A stretch of 63,823 nt of DNA, the filler included, from Octopus bimaculoides (taxonomy: Eukaryota): assembly GCF_001194135.2 (NCBI RefSeq). It is 7 parts of 6 records of this genome, joined end to end, with 100 filler letters (N's around TTAATTAATTAA, not from the genome) between each part and the next. Parts side by side here need not be neighbours in the genome. Positions count along the whole stretch, not along the records: positions 1 to 29,508 come from NC_068988.1; 6 more parts are not named here. The stretch is one strand, 5' to 3'. The position numbers and the translations under genes are program-made. Below the pieces are notes generated by a model. The model was not told the origin of the DNA. It worked only from the letters and a program-made list of their open reading frames with translations, and ran no database searches. Below are positions 1 through 12,516 of the stretch, piece by piece (the stretch's first letter is position 1; each line of letters opens with the position of its first letter).

Positions 1-1780
1 CCTTCTTTCTCTCCCTCCAATTGCTCCTCCTTTCTCTTCTTCCTCCTGCTGCTCCTCCTCTCTTTTCCTCTTCTCCTCTCCTCTTCCTTCCCCTTCCTCA
101 TTGCCTTCCTTCCTACCTACTCCCACACTCCCTCCTTCTCTCTCTCTCTCTCTCCCTTCTCCCCCTTGTCTTCTTCCTCATCACTATACCCTTCCTCCAC
201 CTCCTCATCTCTCCCCTCCTCTTACCTCTCTTCTTTTCCTCTCACTTTTTCCCTCCTTCTTTTCCTCCTAATTCCCATCATTTTTTAATAACACAATTTA
301 AAATATTCACTCCAAATTGTTTTAATAATTTGCATCTTCTGCAACAAATCCTTATTGTCTTTGACACCAAAATGCTAATGATAATGGGTGTCAATTTTTT
401 TCATTCACTTCTTACAAATTCTTTTAAAAATGTTCCCTTCTCATTAGGGTCTCTAATCTATTTTACTATAATTTCGTTCCCCCTTTCATCATTTTTCTTT
501 CTTCTTACAACCCCTAACCCCTAACCCCTCAAAAAAACAAACATTTCTTGCATTGATTTCCTTCCATCAACACATTTCTTACTTTCTCTGTGATTCATTC
601 TCCAAGACCTCCTTTTACCATTTTCTTTACCTCTACTTTTCATTGGTTTGTGTCTGTTTATCTTTTCCACCTTCACTTCCTCTTCCGCCACCTGTTCATC
701 CTCCACCTCTTCTTCCATCTCTTCCACCACCTGTTCTTCCTCCATCTCCTTTCTTCCATCTCTTCTTTTTTCTCTTCCACTTCCTTCACATCTTCTTCCA
801 CCTCTCCCCTTCCTCCTCCCCTTTCCTTCCCTTCCCCTTCCCTTCCCCTTCCCTTCCTCTTCGTCCACTTCCACTTCCTTGTCTTCCTCCACTTCCTCTT
901 CTTCTTCATCTTCCTCCACTTCCCTTCCCTTCCTCCACTTCCTCTTCCATTCTTTTTCCTCTTCCTCCACTGCCTCTTCCCTTCTTTTTCCTCTTCCTCC
1001 ACCTCTTCTTCCCTTCCCTTCTTCTTCCTCCACCCCTCTTCCCTTCCTCTTCCTCCCCTCCCCTCCTTCCCACATCCTCCTCTCCTTCTTCATCTTATTC
1101 TTTCTTCTCTTCCTTTTCATCTGCGTCTTCTTCCCTTTCCTTTTCCTCCNNNNNNNNNNNNNNNNNNNNNNNNNNNNNNNNNNNNNNNNNNNNNNNNNNN
1201 NNNNNNNNNNNNNNNNNNNNNNNNNNCCTTCCTCTTCGTCCACTTCCACTTCCTTGTCTTCCTCCACTTCCTCTTCTTCTTCATCTTCCTCCACTTCCCT
1301 TCCCTTCCTCCACTTCCTCTTCCATTCTTTTTCCTCTTCCTCCACTGCCTCTTCCCTTCTTTTTCCTCTTCCTCCACCTCTTCTTCCCTTCCCTTCTTCT
1401 TCCTCCACCCCTCTTCCCTTCCTCTTCCTCCCCTCCCCTCCTTCCCACATCCTCCTCTCCTTCTTCATCTTATTCTTTCTTCTCTTCCTTTTCATCTGCG
1501 TCTTCTTCCCTTTCCTTTTCCTCCTTTGCCTTCTCTTCCTCATTACTCTCCTGCCTCATCCCTGCCTCATTCCCCCTCTCCCTCCCATACCCCCTCCTCA
1601 TTCTGTTCTTCCTCCCTTATCTTCACCTCTCCCTCCTCCTTTTTCTCCTTCCTCTTCAGTCTTTCTCCCCTCCACCTTTTCTTCCCCCACCTTTTCGTTT
1701 TCTTTCCCTACCTCCTGCTCTTCTTCTTCCCCTAACCCCTTCCCCCCTCCTCATCCACCTCCTCCTCCTCCTCCTCTGTA
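1..1780. repeat. Polypyrimidine (CT-rich) low-complexity tract, interrupted by AT-rich sequence at about 280-520
   Basis: Nearly pure C/T on the + strand. All overlapping ORFs are compositional (P/L/S/F or E/K/R/G only). Confidence 0.95.
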
Positions 1781-2064
1781 TCAGGTGTCCATGCTTTCAA
1801 GGTGTTCCAATAACCAAGTGAACTCAACAGAACCGAGTCAACTCAAGTGTGTTTAATAACTGAGTCACTTCAGCAGGATCTATAATAGCCTCAACACGTA
1901 TAAACAAACAAAATCAAGATGAGTCAAAAGGCACTCTAAACCTTGTACTAACCACTCTATAATTTCTCTAAGTGTTCACTAGCCTAGTGCTTCTCAAACT
2001 GAAAAAAATATTATAATATTGGGGTAATAATCTACTCGCTTTTTTATTAATTAATTGTTTCTAG

Positions 2065-2222
2065 CATAAGGGTGGCTGTGTGGTTAAGAAGCTCACTTTA
2101 CAGCCATATGGTTTCAGGTTCAGTCCCACTATGCAGCACCTTTAGCACTACTTTAGCCCTGAGCAGACCAATGCTTTGTGAGTGGATTAGTGGATTTGGT
2201 GGACAGAAACTGTACAGAATCC
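2065..2222 (+). mobile_element. tRNA-derived SINE family A, 5' half
   Basis: GGTGGCTGTGTGGTTAAG (A-box-like) ... GGTTCAGTCCC (B-box-like) ... GTGAGTGGATT; ends at a (TA)n run. Confidence 0.8.
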
Positions 2223-2226
2223 ATTG

Positions 2227-2262
<36 letters not shown>

Positions 2263-2285
2263 TATTATTTTTTTATTCTTTTAAT

Positions 2286-2481
2286 TTTTTACATGTTTCA
2301 GCAATTTGACTGTGGCCATGATGGAGCACTGCCTTAAAGAGTATTAGTCAAAAAGAATCAACCTTTGTAAGCCTAGTACTTATTCTATCAGGCTCTTCTA
2401 CTGAACTGCTAAGTTACAGGGACATAAATACACCACCATCAGTTGTCAAACGATGGTGGGGGGACAAAGAAACACACATAA

Positions 2482-2527
<46 letters not shown>

Positions 2528-2687
2528 CGGGGTTCTTTCAGGTTCTGTCTAGCAAATCCACTCACAAGGCTTTGGTTGGCCCAAGGCTATAAGAAGACAC
2601 TTGTTGTCCAAGATACTACACAGAGGGACTGAACCTTGAACCATGTGGTTGGGAAGCAAACTTCTTACCATACAGCCATGCCTGCAC
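2286..2687 (-). mobile_element. SINE family A, near full length with internal (CA)n
   Basis: Reverse complement matches the 13549 copy from head to the ATGACTGAAAC tail. Confidence 0.85.
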
Positions 2688-2689
2688 TG

Positions 2690-2732
<43 letters not shown>

Positions 2733-2737
<5 letters not shown>

Positions 2738-2836
2738 AAATGAGATGGCAAAGGAATGAATGATTATCTGATGAATTTCATTAATTAATGAAGTTCATGA
2801 GATAATCATTTACTCCTTTGTCATCTCATTTTCTTA
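2733..2836. repeat. 104-bp near-perfect palindrome (52-bp arms, no loop)
   Basis: TAAGAAAATGAGATGGCAAAGG...CATTAA|TTAATG...CCTTTGTCATCTCATTTTCTTA; 5 mismatches between arms. Confidence 0.9.
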
Positions 2837-3186
2837 TTACTGCTCTGTATTTGTCAAACATTTTGTTCTGAAGCATACACATATTGAGTTCTACATCAGG
2901 TAGAAATGAAATATTAATATATATATATNNNNNNNNNNNNNNNNNNNNNNNNNNNNNNNNNNNNNNNNNNNNNNNNNNNNNNNNNNNNNNNNNNNNNNNN
3001 NNNNNNNNNNNNNNNNNNNNNNNNNNNNNNNNNNNNNNNNNNNNNNNNNNNNNNNNNNNNNNNNNNNNNNNNNNNNNNNNNNNNNNNNNNNNNNNNNNNN
3101 NNNNNNNNNNNNNNNNNNNNNNNNNNNNNNNNNNNNNNNNNNNNNNNNNNNNNNNNNNNNNNNNNNNNATAAATTTTTTTACTGTT

Positions 3187-3590
3187 TTCTTTTATTCTTT
3201 TACTTGTTTCAGTCATCTGACTGTTGCTATGCTGGAGTAGAACAAATTGACCTTAGGACTTAATCTATGTAAGCCTAGTACTTATTCTATCGGTCTCCTT
3301 TTGCTGAACTGCTTGGTTATGGGTACATAAACACACCAACATCAGTTGTCAAGCAATGGTTGGGAGACAAACACAGACACACAAATACACACCCACACCC
3401 ACACCCCCGCGCATACACGTGCACACATATATATATACAATGGGCTTCTTTCAGTTTCTGTCTATCAAATCCACTCACAAGGTTTTGGTTGGCCCGAAGC
3501 TATAGTAGAAGACACTTGTTGTCCAAGGGAATTGAACTCATGAACTTACAGTTGTGAGCCGACCACCTTAACCACTAAGCCATACATCGT
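3187..3590 (-). mobile_element. SINE family A, internally deleted
   Basis: Same tail, core and central CA/TA microsatellite as other family A copies. Confidence 0.8.
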
Positions 3591-3684
3591 CACTCATGAG
3601 AAACACCAAACTAATACACTTTAGATAAACTTATAGACTATTAAACAAATCTCACTGTTTTGTCCTCCTTGTCACCTAAGCATG

Positions 3685-4030
3685 TGGGTGAGTGGCCTTG
3701 TGGTTAGGGTGTTGCATTCACGATATCAAGGTTGTGGTTTTGATTCCCAGACTGGGCAGTGAATTGTGTTCTTGAGAAAAATGCTTCATTTCATGTGACA
3801 CCAGTTCATGTAGCACCAGTTCATGTAGCACCAGTTCATGTAGCACCAGTTCATGTAGCACCAGTTCATGTAGCACCAGNNNNNNNNNNTTCATGTAGCA
3901 CCAGTTCATGTAGCACCCGTTCACTCAGCTGAAATGAGTAACCCCTGTAATGGATTAGTGTTTTGATCAGGGGGAATGTGATCTTAGTCACCTATACACC
4001 ATGGAAACCAAGTAAGTGGCCCCATGAGTC
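3685..4030 (+). mobile_element. tRNA-derived SINE family C containing a 15-bp tandem expansion
   Basis: GTGGCCTTGTGGTTAGGGTGTTGCATTCA head and TTGTGTTCTTGAG core; homologous to 21255-21480. Confidence 0.75.
3790..3919 (+). repeat. Minisatellite, unit TTCATGTAGCACCAG (15 bp), at least 8 copies
   Basis: Directly visible tandem array spanning a 10-N gap. Confidence 0.95.
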
Positions 4031-4239
4031 ATAGGATTCTAGCTAATAAGGTCATATGACCCCTAAACAAGTCAAATAAGTACCAGACTTAAAATAAAAG
4101 TATTGGAGACAGTTTGTTTAACTAATCACTTCAAGTCAGTGTTCCAGCATGGCCACAATCCAATGACTGAAACAAATGAAAGCCTGAAATTTTGGGGGCT
4201 GAGTGTTAGTCAATTAAATCTATTGCAGTATCTCATTAG

Positions 4240-4426
4240 TACTCTTTTACTTGTTTCAGTCATTTGATTGTGGCCATGCTGGAACACTGCCTTTAGTTGA
4301 GCAAATCAACCCCAGGACTTATTCTATTGTTCTCTTTTGCCGAACTGCTAAGTTACAGGGATTTAGATACATCAGCATCAGTTGTCAAGCGATGTTGGGG
4401 GGACAAACACAGACACACAAACATAT

Positions 4427-4472
<46 letters not shown>

Positions 4473-4640
4473 TTATACGATGGAGTTCTTTCAGTTTCCG
4501 TCTACCAAATCCACTCAGAAGGCTTTGGTCAGCCCGAGGCTATAGTAGAAGACACTTGTCCAAGGTGCCACACAGTTGGACTGAACCCGGAACCATGTGG
4601 TTTGTAAGCAAGCTACTTACCACACAGCCACCCCTATGCC
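4240..4640 (-). mobile_element. SINE family A, full length
   Basis: Reverse complement of the family A consensus with central (TA)n. Confidence 0.85.
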
Positions 4641-6289
4641 TTTACTTTACTGTCCTTAGAGGGATGAGTTGACTTCAGTAGGATTTGAACTCAGAATGTA
4701 AAGAGCAAGAGCAAATACAGTGAAGCAATTTTTCGAACTCAATATCAATTCTGCCAATCTATCACTCTTCACTTCTTTATTTATGAGAAGGTAAAAATTG
4801 AGTTTACATTCAAAGCCAACAACGAAGACCAATACAGCCCTTAGGGGTGTCAGATCTTGTTGAACCATCCAAAACGTGCCAATATGGAACACGACTCCAA
4901 ATACACTACAGGTAGCACTCCTGTTTTACACGGTACCCACAGCAAGTTAAAATTCTGGCCACATATGTACACACATGTAAATACAACCATCAACACATGC
5001 ATAAATACAACATATACATGCACACTCACACATGCACACATACATTCTAGGCACTTGAACATATACGCACTCACATTTTTTATCCTCTTACAATACCGCA
5101 CATTCAACATTGCGCAAAGATCTAAAACATTTTCAAGAAAAGAGAATATTATTTCTAGCTATTTCCTCCTTCCTCCTTGTCTCATACAAGTAACACCTCT
5201 ACCATTTCAATACCACCGTCACCGGCACACATCTGGACAAATGTAGAAAGTAGCTTACGTCTTGTATTTCATCTTCTCTCATATCGCAATATTTTTCTGC
5301 TAGAAAAATCTCATAATTTAATTTGGACAAATTTTGATTTAATCAAAATATCAAACAAAGCCCCGTTTGAAGTGGAAAACTTATTAGTGTGTTCAGTAAT
5401 TCTAGTCCTGAAATACACAGGCAAAGCAGTTTTCAAATATGACAAGACAAAATTATATATATATATATATATATNNNNNNNNNNNNNNNNNNNNNNNNNN
5501 NNNNNNNNNNNNNNNNNNNNNNNNNNNNNNNNNNNNNNNNNNNNNNNNNNNNNNNNNNNNNNNNNNNNNNNNNNNNNNNNNNNNNNNNNNNNNNNNNNNN
5601 NNNNNNNNNNNNNNNNNNNNNNNNNNNNNNNNNNNNNNNNNNNNNNNNNNNNNNNNNNNNNNNNNNNNNNNNNNNNNNNNNNNNNNNNNNNNNNNNNNNN
5701 NNNNNNNNNNNNNNNNNNNNNNNNNNNNNNNNNNNNNNNNNNNNNNNNNNNNNNNNNNNNNNNNNNNNNNNNNNNTATATATATATATATATATATATAT
5801 ATTTAAATATATATCTAATAATATTAAACTTTGTTAAAAAATAAGAATTCTCCTCCAAAAATGGAGATTTTTAAGAAACGGTGTTGGGAGCTTGAAACTT
5901 AAAGAAAATATACAAAAGAAATACCATATTTGATGGTGTAAAAGACATACAGGAATATTAGACACATCCCAATTTCAGCTGCGTATATTCAGGTAAAAAA
6001 AGTTTTTAGTTCATTAAAGCATGTAATAGAGGTTCAACTTCACATATAGGACCCAGGGATGATTTTTTTGAGACATTTTTTGGGAGATAGCAAAAAATGA
6101 GCTGATTTAGGATAAAGACTTGCTAATAGTAAGTGTGGTGGTTTATATTCATTGTCTTCTTAGTATGGATGTCATTGACATTAAGCTGATGTGATTATGT
6201 CTTTTCTCATTCTACTTAGTCTTGTACTTGTTTGATGTTACGAAGATGAAATTGCCTGTCCAGTAGTTGTTTTTTGGTCTATCCCCCAT

Positions 6290-6505
6290 CATATCATCAT
6301 TGTTTTAATATCCACTTTTCAATACCTGCATGAGTCAGATGGAATCTGTTGAGATGGATTTTCTACAATTGGATGTCCTTCCTGTAGCCATATTTCCCCA
6401 TGACCAGACATGTTTCCATGGTAGATTGGAAACAAAGGACACACCTGTGCATGATGGTGACACTCATTTACGGCTATCACATGATGTCAAGGCAAAGAGA
6501 TGGTA
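6290..6505 (-). mobile_element. SINE-like repeat with RTE-type 3' tail
   Basis: CATCATCATT tail and GGATGTCCTTCCTG motif shared with 11521 and 25965. Confidence 0.55.
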
Positions 6506-6518
6506 ATACACACATTCA

Positions 6519-6552
<34 letters not shown>

Positions 6553-6555
<3 letters not shown>

Positions 6556-6894
6556 AGGTTTTCTTCAGTTTCCATCTACCAAATTCACTCACAAGACTTC
6601 AGTCACCCCAGGGCAATAGTAGAAAACATTCACCCAAGATACCACAGAGAGGTGCCTTGTATTGCATCAGAGTACTCTTTACTCTTTTAATTGTTTCAGT
6701 CATTTGACTGTGGCCATGCTGGAGCACTGCCATTATTTGAGTAAATCGACCCCAGGACTTATTCTTTGGAAGCCTAGTACTTATTCCATTGGTCTCTTTT
6801 GCTGAACTGCTAAGTTATGGGAATGTAAACACACCAGCATCGGTTGTCAAGCGATGTTGGGGGGACAAACACAGATACACAAACATATACACAC
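6553..6894 (-). mobile_element. Two partial SINE family A copies
   Basis: A 5'-half fragment at about 6553-6650 and a 3'-half at 6675-6894 running into a gap. Confidence 0.75.
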
Positions 6895-7224
6895 NNNNNN
6901 NNNNNNNNNNNNNNNNNNNNNNNNNNNNNNNNNNNNNNNNNNNNNNNNNNNNNNNNNNNNNNNNNNNNNNNNNNNNNNNNNNNNNNNNNNNNNNNNNNNN
7001 NNNNNNNNNNNNNNNNNNNNNNNNNNNNNNNNNNNNNNNNNNNNNNNNNNNNNNNNNNNNNNNNNNNNNNNNNNNNNNNNNNNNNNNNNNNNNNNNNNNN
7101 NNNNNNNNNNNNNNNNNNNNNNNNNNNNNNNNNNNNNNNNNNNNNNNNNNNNNNNNNNNNNNNNNNNNNNNNNNNNNNNNNNNNNNNNNNNNNNNNNNNN
7201 NNNNNNNNNNNNNNNNNNNNNNNN

Positions 7225-7422
7225 ATTCATGAATAGATGTTGTTTTCACAGCGATAATGCTCTTCTTAGTACATAAGTTGTTCCAGTTAACATAATTTTT
7301 GCACTTACTGTAGGGGTGGTAAGCCTGATATCATTTTCAAATAGGTTTCAGTACCTTTTTTTATCATTCCTTGAGATCCGACAATCACTGGTACGGTAGT
7401 CGCCTTGAGATGCCACATTTTT

Positions 7423-7424
<2 letters not shown>
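7225..7424 (-). mobile_element. 3' end of an RLE-type non-LTR retrotransposon (R4/Dong-like), 5'-truncated
   Basis: Minus strand reads KMWHLKATTVPVIVGSQGMIKKGTETYLKMISGLPPLQ*VQKIMLTGTTYVLRRALSL*, matching the C-terminal pattern of the 18752 element. Confidence 0.75.
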
Positions 7425-7469
<45 letters not shown>

Positions 7470-7528
7470 TATTATTATGATTATTGTTATTGTTATTATT
7501 ATTATCATCATTATTATTATTATTATTA
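7425..7528. repeat. (AAT)n switching to (ATT)n: inverted trinucleotide junction
   Basis: Directly visible. Confidence 0.9.
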
Positions 7529-8120
7529 AAGTGGCAAGCTGACAGAACCGTTAGTATACAGGGTGAAATGCTTAGCAGTATTTTGTCTGTCTTTTGGGCT
7601 TTGAGTTCAAATTCCGTTAAGGCTTAATTTATCTTTCATCCTTGTGCCTTCAGGAGAAAGGATTATTGTTATCATTAAAGTGGCAAGCTAAAGCAACAAC
7701 TTGGCAGAATCGTTAGCACACTCAGTGGCATTTCATTCATCACTATATTCTGGGTTCAAATCTCACTGAGGTCGATTTTGTTTTTCATCCTTTTGGAGTC
7801 AATAAAGTAAGTACCAGTTGAGTACTGGAGTCGACGTAATCAACTAGCTCTTTTCCCCATAATTTCAGGCCTTGTGCCTATAGTAGAAAGGATTATTAAG
7901 ATGGCATGCTGGGAAAAACTTTAGCCTGCCAGACAAAATGCTTAGAGCCATTTCGTATGTCTTTCTGTTCGAAACTGAAATTCTACTGAGGTCAGCTTTG
8001 CTTTTCATCCTTTTAGGGTTGATAAAATAAATACCAGCTAAGTACTGAGGGCTAATGTAATTGAATCTCCTGTCCCTCAAAATTGTTGGTATTGTGCCAA
8101 AATTAGAAAGGATTGTTATT
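7529..8120 (+). mobile_element. Three head-to-tail copies of SINE family B
   Basis: Each has GCTGGCAGAA..TTAG, GAGTTCAAAT (B-box), CTTTCATCCTT core and an AGAAAGGATTATT-type tail. Confidence 0.8.
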
Positions 8121-8314
8121 ATGGCTGTTGTTCTTGTTAATAATGATAATGATAATAATTAGAATAATAATAATGATAATAATTAGAATAATAATAATGA
8201 TATTTGCTTTAAATGTTTTATTACTGTTTTCACACACATATATATATACGTTAATACACATTACTTTTCCAGATAAAATACATATGTGTATATATATATG
8301 TTGTGTGTGTGTGT

Positions 8315-8365
<51 letters not shown>

Positions 8366-9221
8366 TGTATGTATACTTGTATGAGCATGTATGTGTTTTT
8401 TTGTTATTTTTGTAATATTAATAAGAATAACAAGATATATTTCCTTGGTCGAATTTTTATAAATATGCCGTCAGTCATGACAGTATATATTTATACATGG
8501 CCACACCTCTACAACCATCAAACCACCACCGCCACCACCACCACATCACGATATTGCTGTAAAACATGAAAACCAATTAAAACAGATTGGATTTGAATTG
8601 AGAAGCAATTAGTCACTCTTCTTGATTTATCATGATTGTAATTGTCATCATTGTGACCATCACCATTATCAACATCACTGGCATCACCATTATCATCAAT
8701 ATAAGCATTGACATCATTTCATCAAGGTTGTCATTATAATCATCACCATGACTTTCTTCTTGTCCTTCTCCTTCCCACCCTGCCCCTCCTCCCCTTCCTC
8801 TCTTCCCCCTCTTTCTTCTCATTCTTTTTCCTCCTCTTCCTCTTCTGCTAATAAATTTGCTTTTTATTGTTGCTGGTTATGAAACAGCAATTTCACCTTA
8901 TAATTCCACATATTGTGGAACACGCTGCCATTTTGCAAGAGTGTGCCAGTGAGACTATGGTGATAATGGGTCGCCCAGGTGCCAAGTGAACTAATTAACC
9001 ACATTTAATTATTGCTAGAGTATCTAAACGATCATCAACAGATGTAGGCATAGCCACGCGCATAAGAATCTTGCTTCATTAATGCATGATTCCAAATATA
9101 ATCCTACAGTAAAACACGTTCAACAAATGTCTTCAACTGTAGCCTTGGATTGCCCAATACTGTACAAGTACAAATTACTAAATAGAAACTGTGTGAAGCC
9201 TTTTATATATCATCCTCATCA

Positions 9222-9640
9222 TCATCATCATTTAACGTTTGTTTCTATACTGGCATGTGTTGGACAGTTTGATGGGAGTTGGCATGGCTGGAAGCTGTAC
9301 CAGCATCCATTCTGTGTTTTGACATGGTTTCTACAGCTAGATGCCCTTCCTAATGCCACCGGCTTTATAGAGTGTACTGGATGGGTTTTTTTATAATGTA
9401 CCAGCACCAGTGCTTTTTACATGACACTAGCACTGGTGCTTTTAATGTAGCACCATCACTGACAGGGTCACCTAGTACCTTGCAAGACAAAAAGGTAAAA
9501 ACCCCTCAGCTGGGAAGAGGGAATAGTATTGAGGTGCAATGGCTTTGTGCCAGTTGAGGGATTAATGGTATAGTGGGATGGAGATAAGATAATAAACATT
9601 GACTGAGTAAAGGGCTTAGTACAAATCCACAGTTTATATC
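9222..9640 (-). mobile_element. RTE-type 3' UTR/tail fragment
   Basis: CATCATCATTTAACG tail; GATGCCCTTCCTAATGCC is the reverse complement of the GGCGTTAGGAAGGGCATC motif at 16740. Confidence 0.7.
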
Positions 9641-10243
9641 ATGCATGAATGTATGTATGTATGTATGTATGAGTGTGAGCATGCATGTGTGTGCATGTGT
9701 GAGTGTGTGCATGCATGCATGTGTGCATGCGTGTATGTGTGTGTGTGTATGTATGTATGTATGGATGTGTGTATGTATGTATATGCGTATGTGTGTATGT
9801 ATGTATGTGTGTATGTATGTAAGCATGTATGTATGTATGTGTGTGCATATGTGCATGCGTGGCAGTTGTGTGTGTGTCTACGTACATATATATGTATGTA
9901 TGGATGGATGTGTGTGTGTGTATGTATATATGTATGTATGTATGTATGTATAGATGTGTGTGTACGTATGTATGCATGCATGTGTGTATGTATGTATGTA
10001 TAGATGTGTGTGTACGTATGTATGCATGCATGTGTGTATGTGTGTGTGTGTATGTGTGTATATGCATGCATGTATGTATGTGTCTGTGCATGTGTGCGTG
10101 CGTGTGTATACTAATTTTATGTATGGATGGATGTGTGTGTGTATGTATGTGTATGTTGTGTGATTGTGTGTGTGTGTATGTATGTGTATGTTGTGTGATT
10201 GTGTGTGTGTGTATGTATGTATGAATGTATGTATGTATGTATA
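9640..10243. repeat. Compound (TG)n/(TATG)n microsatellite with higher-order internal duplications
   Basis: Directly visible; source of the H/T/Y/I and C/V/M ORFs. Confidence 0.95.
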
Positions 10244-10625
10244 TGCAGGTGTGGCTGTATGATTAGAAGTTTGCTTTCCAGCCACATGGTTCTGGGTTCA
10301 ATCCCACTGTGTGGCATCTTGGACAGGTGTCTTCTTCCATGACCTCAGGCCCCAATGCCTTGTGAGTGGATTTGCTAGACAGAAACTAAAAACCACTTAC
10401 TATATGTGTGTGTGTATGTGTGTGTGCATGTTTGTTTCCCACCACCATTTATCAACTGGTGTTGGTGTGTTTGCATCCCTGTAACATAGTGATTTGGCAA
10501 ATGTGACCAATAGAATAGATATAAGGTTTAAAAAACTAGCGCTGAGTTATTTGATTAATCTTCTTCAAGGTGGTACCTCAGCATGGCTGTAGTCTAACAA
10601 CTGAAACAAGAGAAAGATAAAAGAT
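10244..10625 (+). mobile_element. SINE family A, full length
   Basis: GCAGGTGTGGCTGTATG head to AACTGAAACAAGAGAAAG tail. Confidence 0.85.
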
Positions 10626-11183
10626 ATATATTTGATAATAGCCAATATAATTAAATGTCAGTTGATTCATTAATTGATTTCTATCACTTTACATCATTTA
10701 AAAATAGGAGCTATAGCAAGTTAATATGAGTTAATGCAAGTTGAGTACATATACTCAGCTTGGTGGTAGGCAATGAGTAAAGGAACGATATACATACACA
10801 CACACAGTGAGAAAGAATCATACAGACAGGAGGAGGAAGATGAGTAAATGACAATAGTTGGCTTAAGCTGGATAAAGCTATACATAGCTAATATTTATTG
10901 TAATGAACATTTTCCTTAGAGACTTCGAAAATAAGCTGTTCATTTGCAGAATAAGTTTGTTTTCTTTCACATTAATCACTAGAGTATTCGCTAACTTAAG
11001 AATTTAAAGCAAACTCTCCCAAATTAAAATGTTACTACAATTGCTACAATAATGTCAATACACTTTTTTTAACCACAGATAATGTCAGGAAATATACCAT
11101 ACATACATACATACATACATACATACATACATACATACATACATACAATGATTATAATTTAACTTTTATCAAATTACCCATAG

Positions 11184-11336
11184 TGACAAAAGTATACTTC
11201 CAAAGTTACCTTATCATATGACATGTGACATTCCTGTGTATATGGGTGCATGTGTACAGAGATTTATTGAAGCTGAGGAATTCCTTCACAAACTGTTACT
11301 TCATACATCCAACCATCCACCTCATTTTGAGACCAG
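11184..11336 (+). CDS. Candidate internal coding exon (153 nt, phase 2/2) of an unidentified gene
   Basis: ttacccatag|T GAC...ACC AG|gtgctg; open frame DKSILPKLPYHMTCDIPVYMGACVQRFIEAEEFLHKLLLHTSNHPPHFET in unique sequence. Donor is weak and no homolog is recognised. Confidence 0.3.
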
Positions 11337-11520
11337 GTGCTGACGTGTCTCTCTCTCTCTATTTCTCTCTCTTACCCCCCCCCCCCNNNNNNNNNNNACC
11401 TGGGTGCAGGTGCCCTGTAAAATGTGTCTGTTTTGGTGCCAAATAAAAAAACACTCATGTTGGTGCTATGTAACAAGCACCCGTGCTGGTGCTTGTTACA
11501 TATAATATATATATATATAT

Positions 11521-11660
11521 GATAATCATTTAACAGCCATTTTCTATGCTTGCATGAGTCATATGGTTTTTTTTGAGGCAGATTTACTATAGCTGGATGC
11601 ACTTCCTGTTGCCAACCCTCATTCGTTTCCAAGCAAGGAAATATTTGCCTATGACCAACT
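11521..11660 (-). mobile_element. SINE-like repeat with RTE-type tail
   Basis: ATCATTTAAC tail and GGATGCACTTCCTGTTGCCAACCCTCA motif. Confidence 0.6.
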
Positions 11661-11737
11661 CATTTACAATTATTACACAATGTTAAGATGAGGACACACA
11701 CACACATGCATGTGCGTGCACATTCACACACATATAT

Positions 11738-11850
11738 TATCATCTATCAAATCCACTCCTAAGGCTTTGGTTGGCCTGGGTTTGTAGCAGAAGACACTTG
11801 CTCAAGGGACTGAAACAAAAAACCATATGGTTGAGAAGCAAGCTTAATTC
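11738..11850 (-). mobile_element. SINE family A, 5' half
   Basis: CAAATCCACTC...GAAGACACTTG...CCATATGGTT. Confidence 0.75.
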
Positions 11851-12472
11851 AGTTAGTGAAAGATGGGGTAAGTCCTGTCTTTTGCAGACACCTCCCAAAC
11901 TGGTACTGCTGATACATGAGTTAAAATAGGGTTGGCCAAATGTCTGTTTTGAATGTTTGCAATGGAGTGAACCCATTTAAAATCACCAAAGACCAAGCTG
12001 AGATGGTGGGTGGTGGGTGGTTGTGGTGGTGGTGGTGATAATGTTCAACCAGGCATGATATATAAATCACATGACCTACTCTGTACATCATAGCATAAAA
12101 TATAAATACTAATGAATCAATTGACAAACACAGACTGAACGTAAGTAACTCCTGGCACTAACAATCTTTTAAAACAATATTTTTCAATATTTGCTTTTAA
12201 ATTTGATATATTTTGTTCAGAACAACCCCACCCACCCCAAAAAAGACATATTTCAGAATTCAAATACATACATACATACATATATGCATATATATATATA
12301 TATATATATATATGTNNNNNNNNNNNNNNNNNNNNNNNNNNNNNNNNNNNNNNNNNNNNNNNNNNNNNNNNNNNNNNNNNNNNNNNNNNNNNNNNNNNNN
12401 NNNNNNNNNNNNNNNNNNNNNNNNNNNNNNNNNNNNNNNNNNNNNNNNNNNNNNNNNNNNNNNNNNNNNNNN

Positions 12473-12516
<44 letters not shown>

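Noticed and set aside
852-1524. 298-bp exact direct duplication (852-1149 and 1227-1524)
   Set aside because: The copies directly flank an N gap and look identical; typical of unmerged overlapping contig ends.
21-1856. Long ORFs of 170-420 aa at the window start
   Set aside because: They are translations of a polypyrimidine tract, open in several frames at once, with no domain signal.
3790-3919. CRISPR-like array
   Set aside because: Units are contiguous with no spacers, inside a SINE, in a eukaryotic context.
9506-10317. His/Thr/Tyr- and Cys/Val-rich ORFs here and at other CA/TG/TA arrays
   Set aside because: Microsatellite translations. ORFs running through N gaps were likewise ignored.
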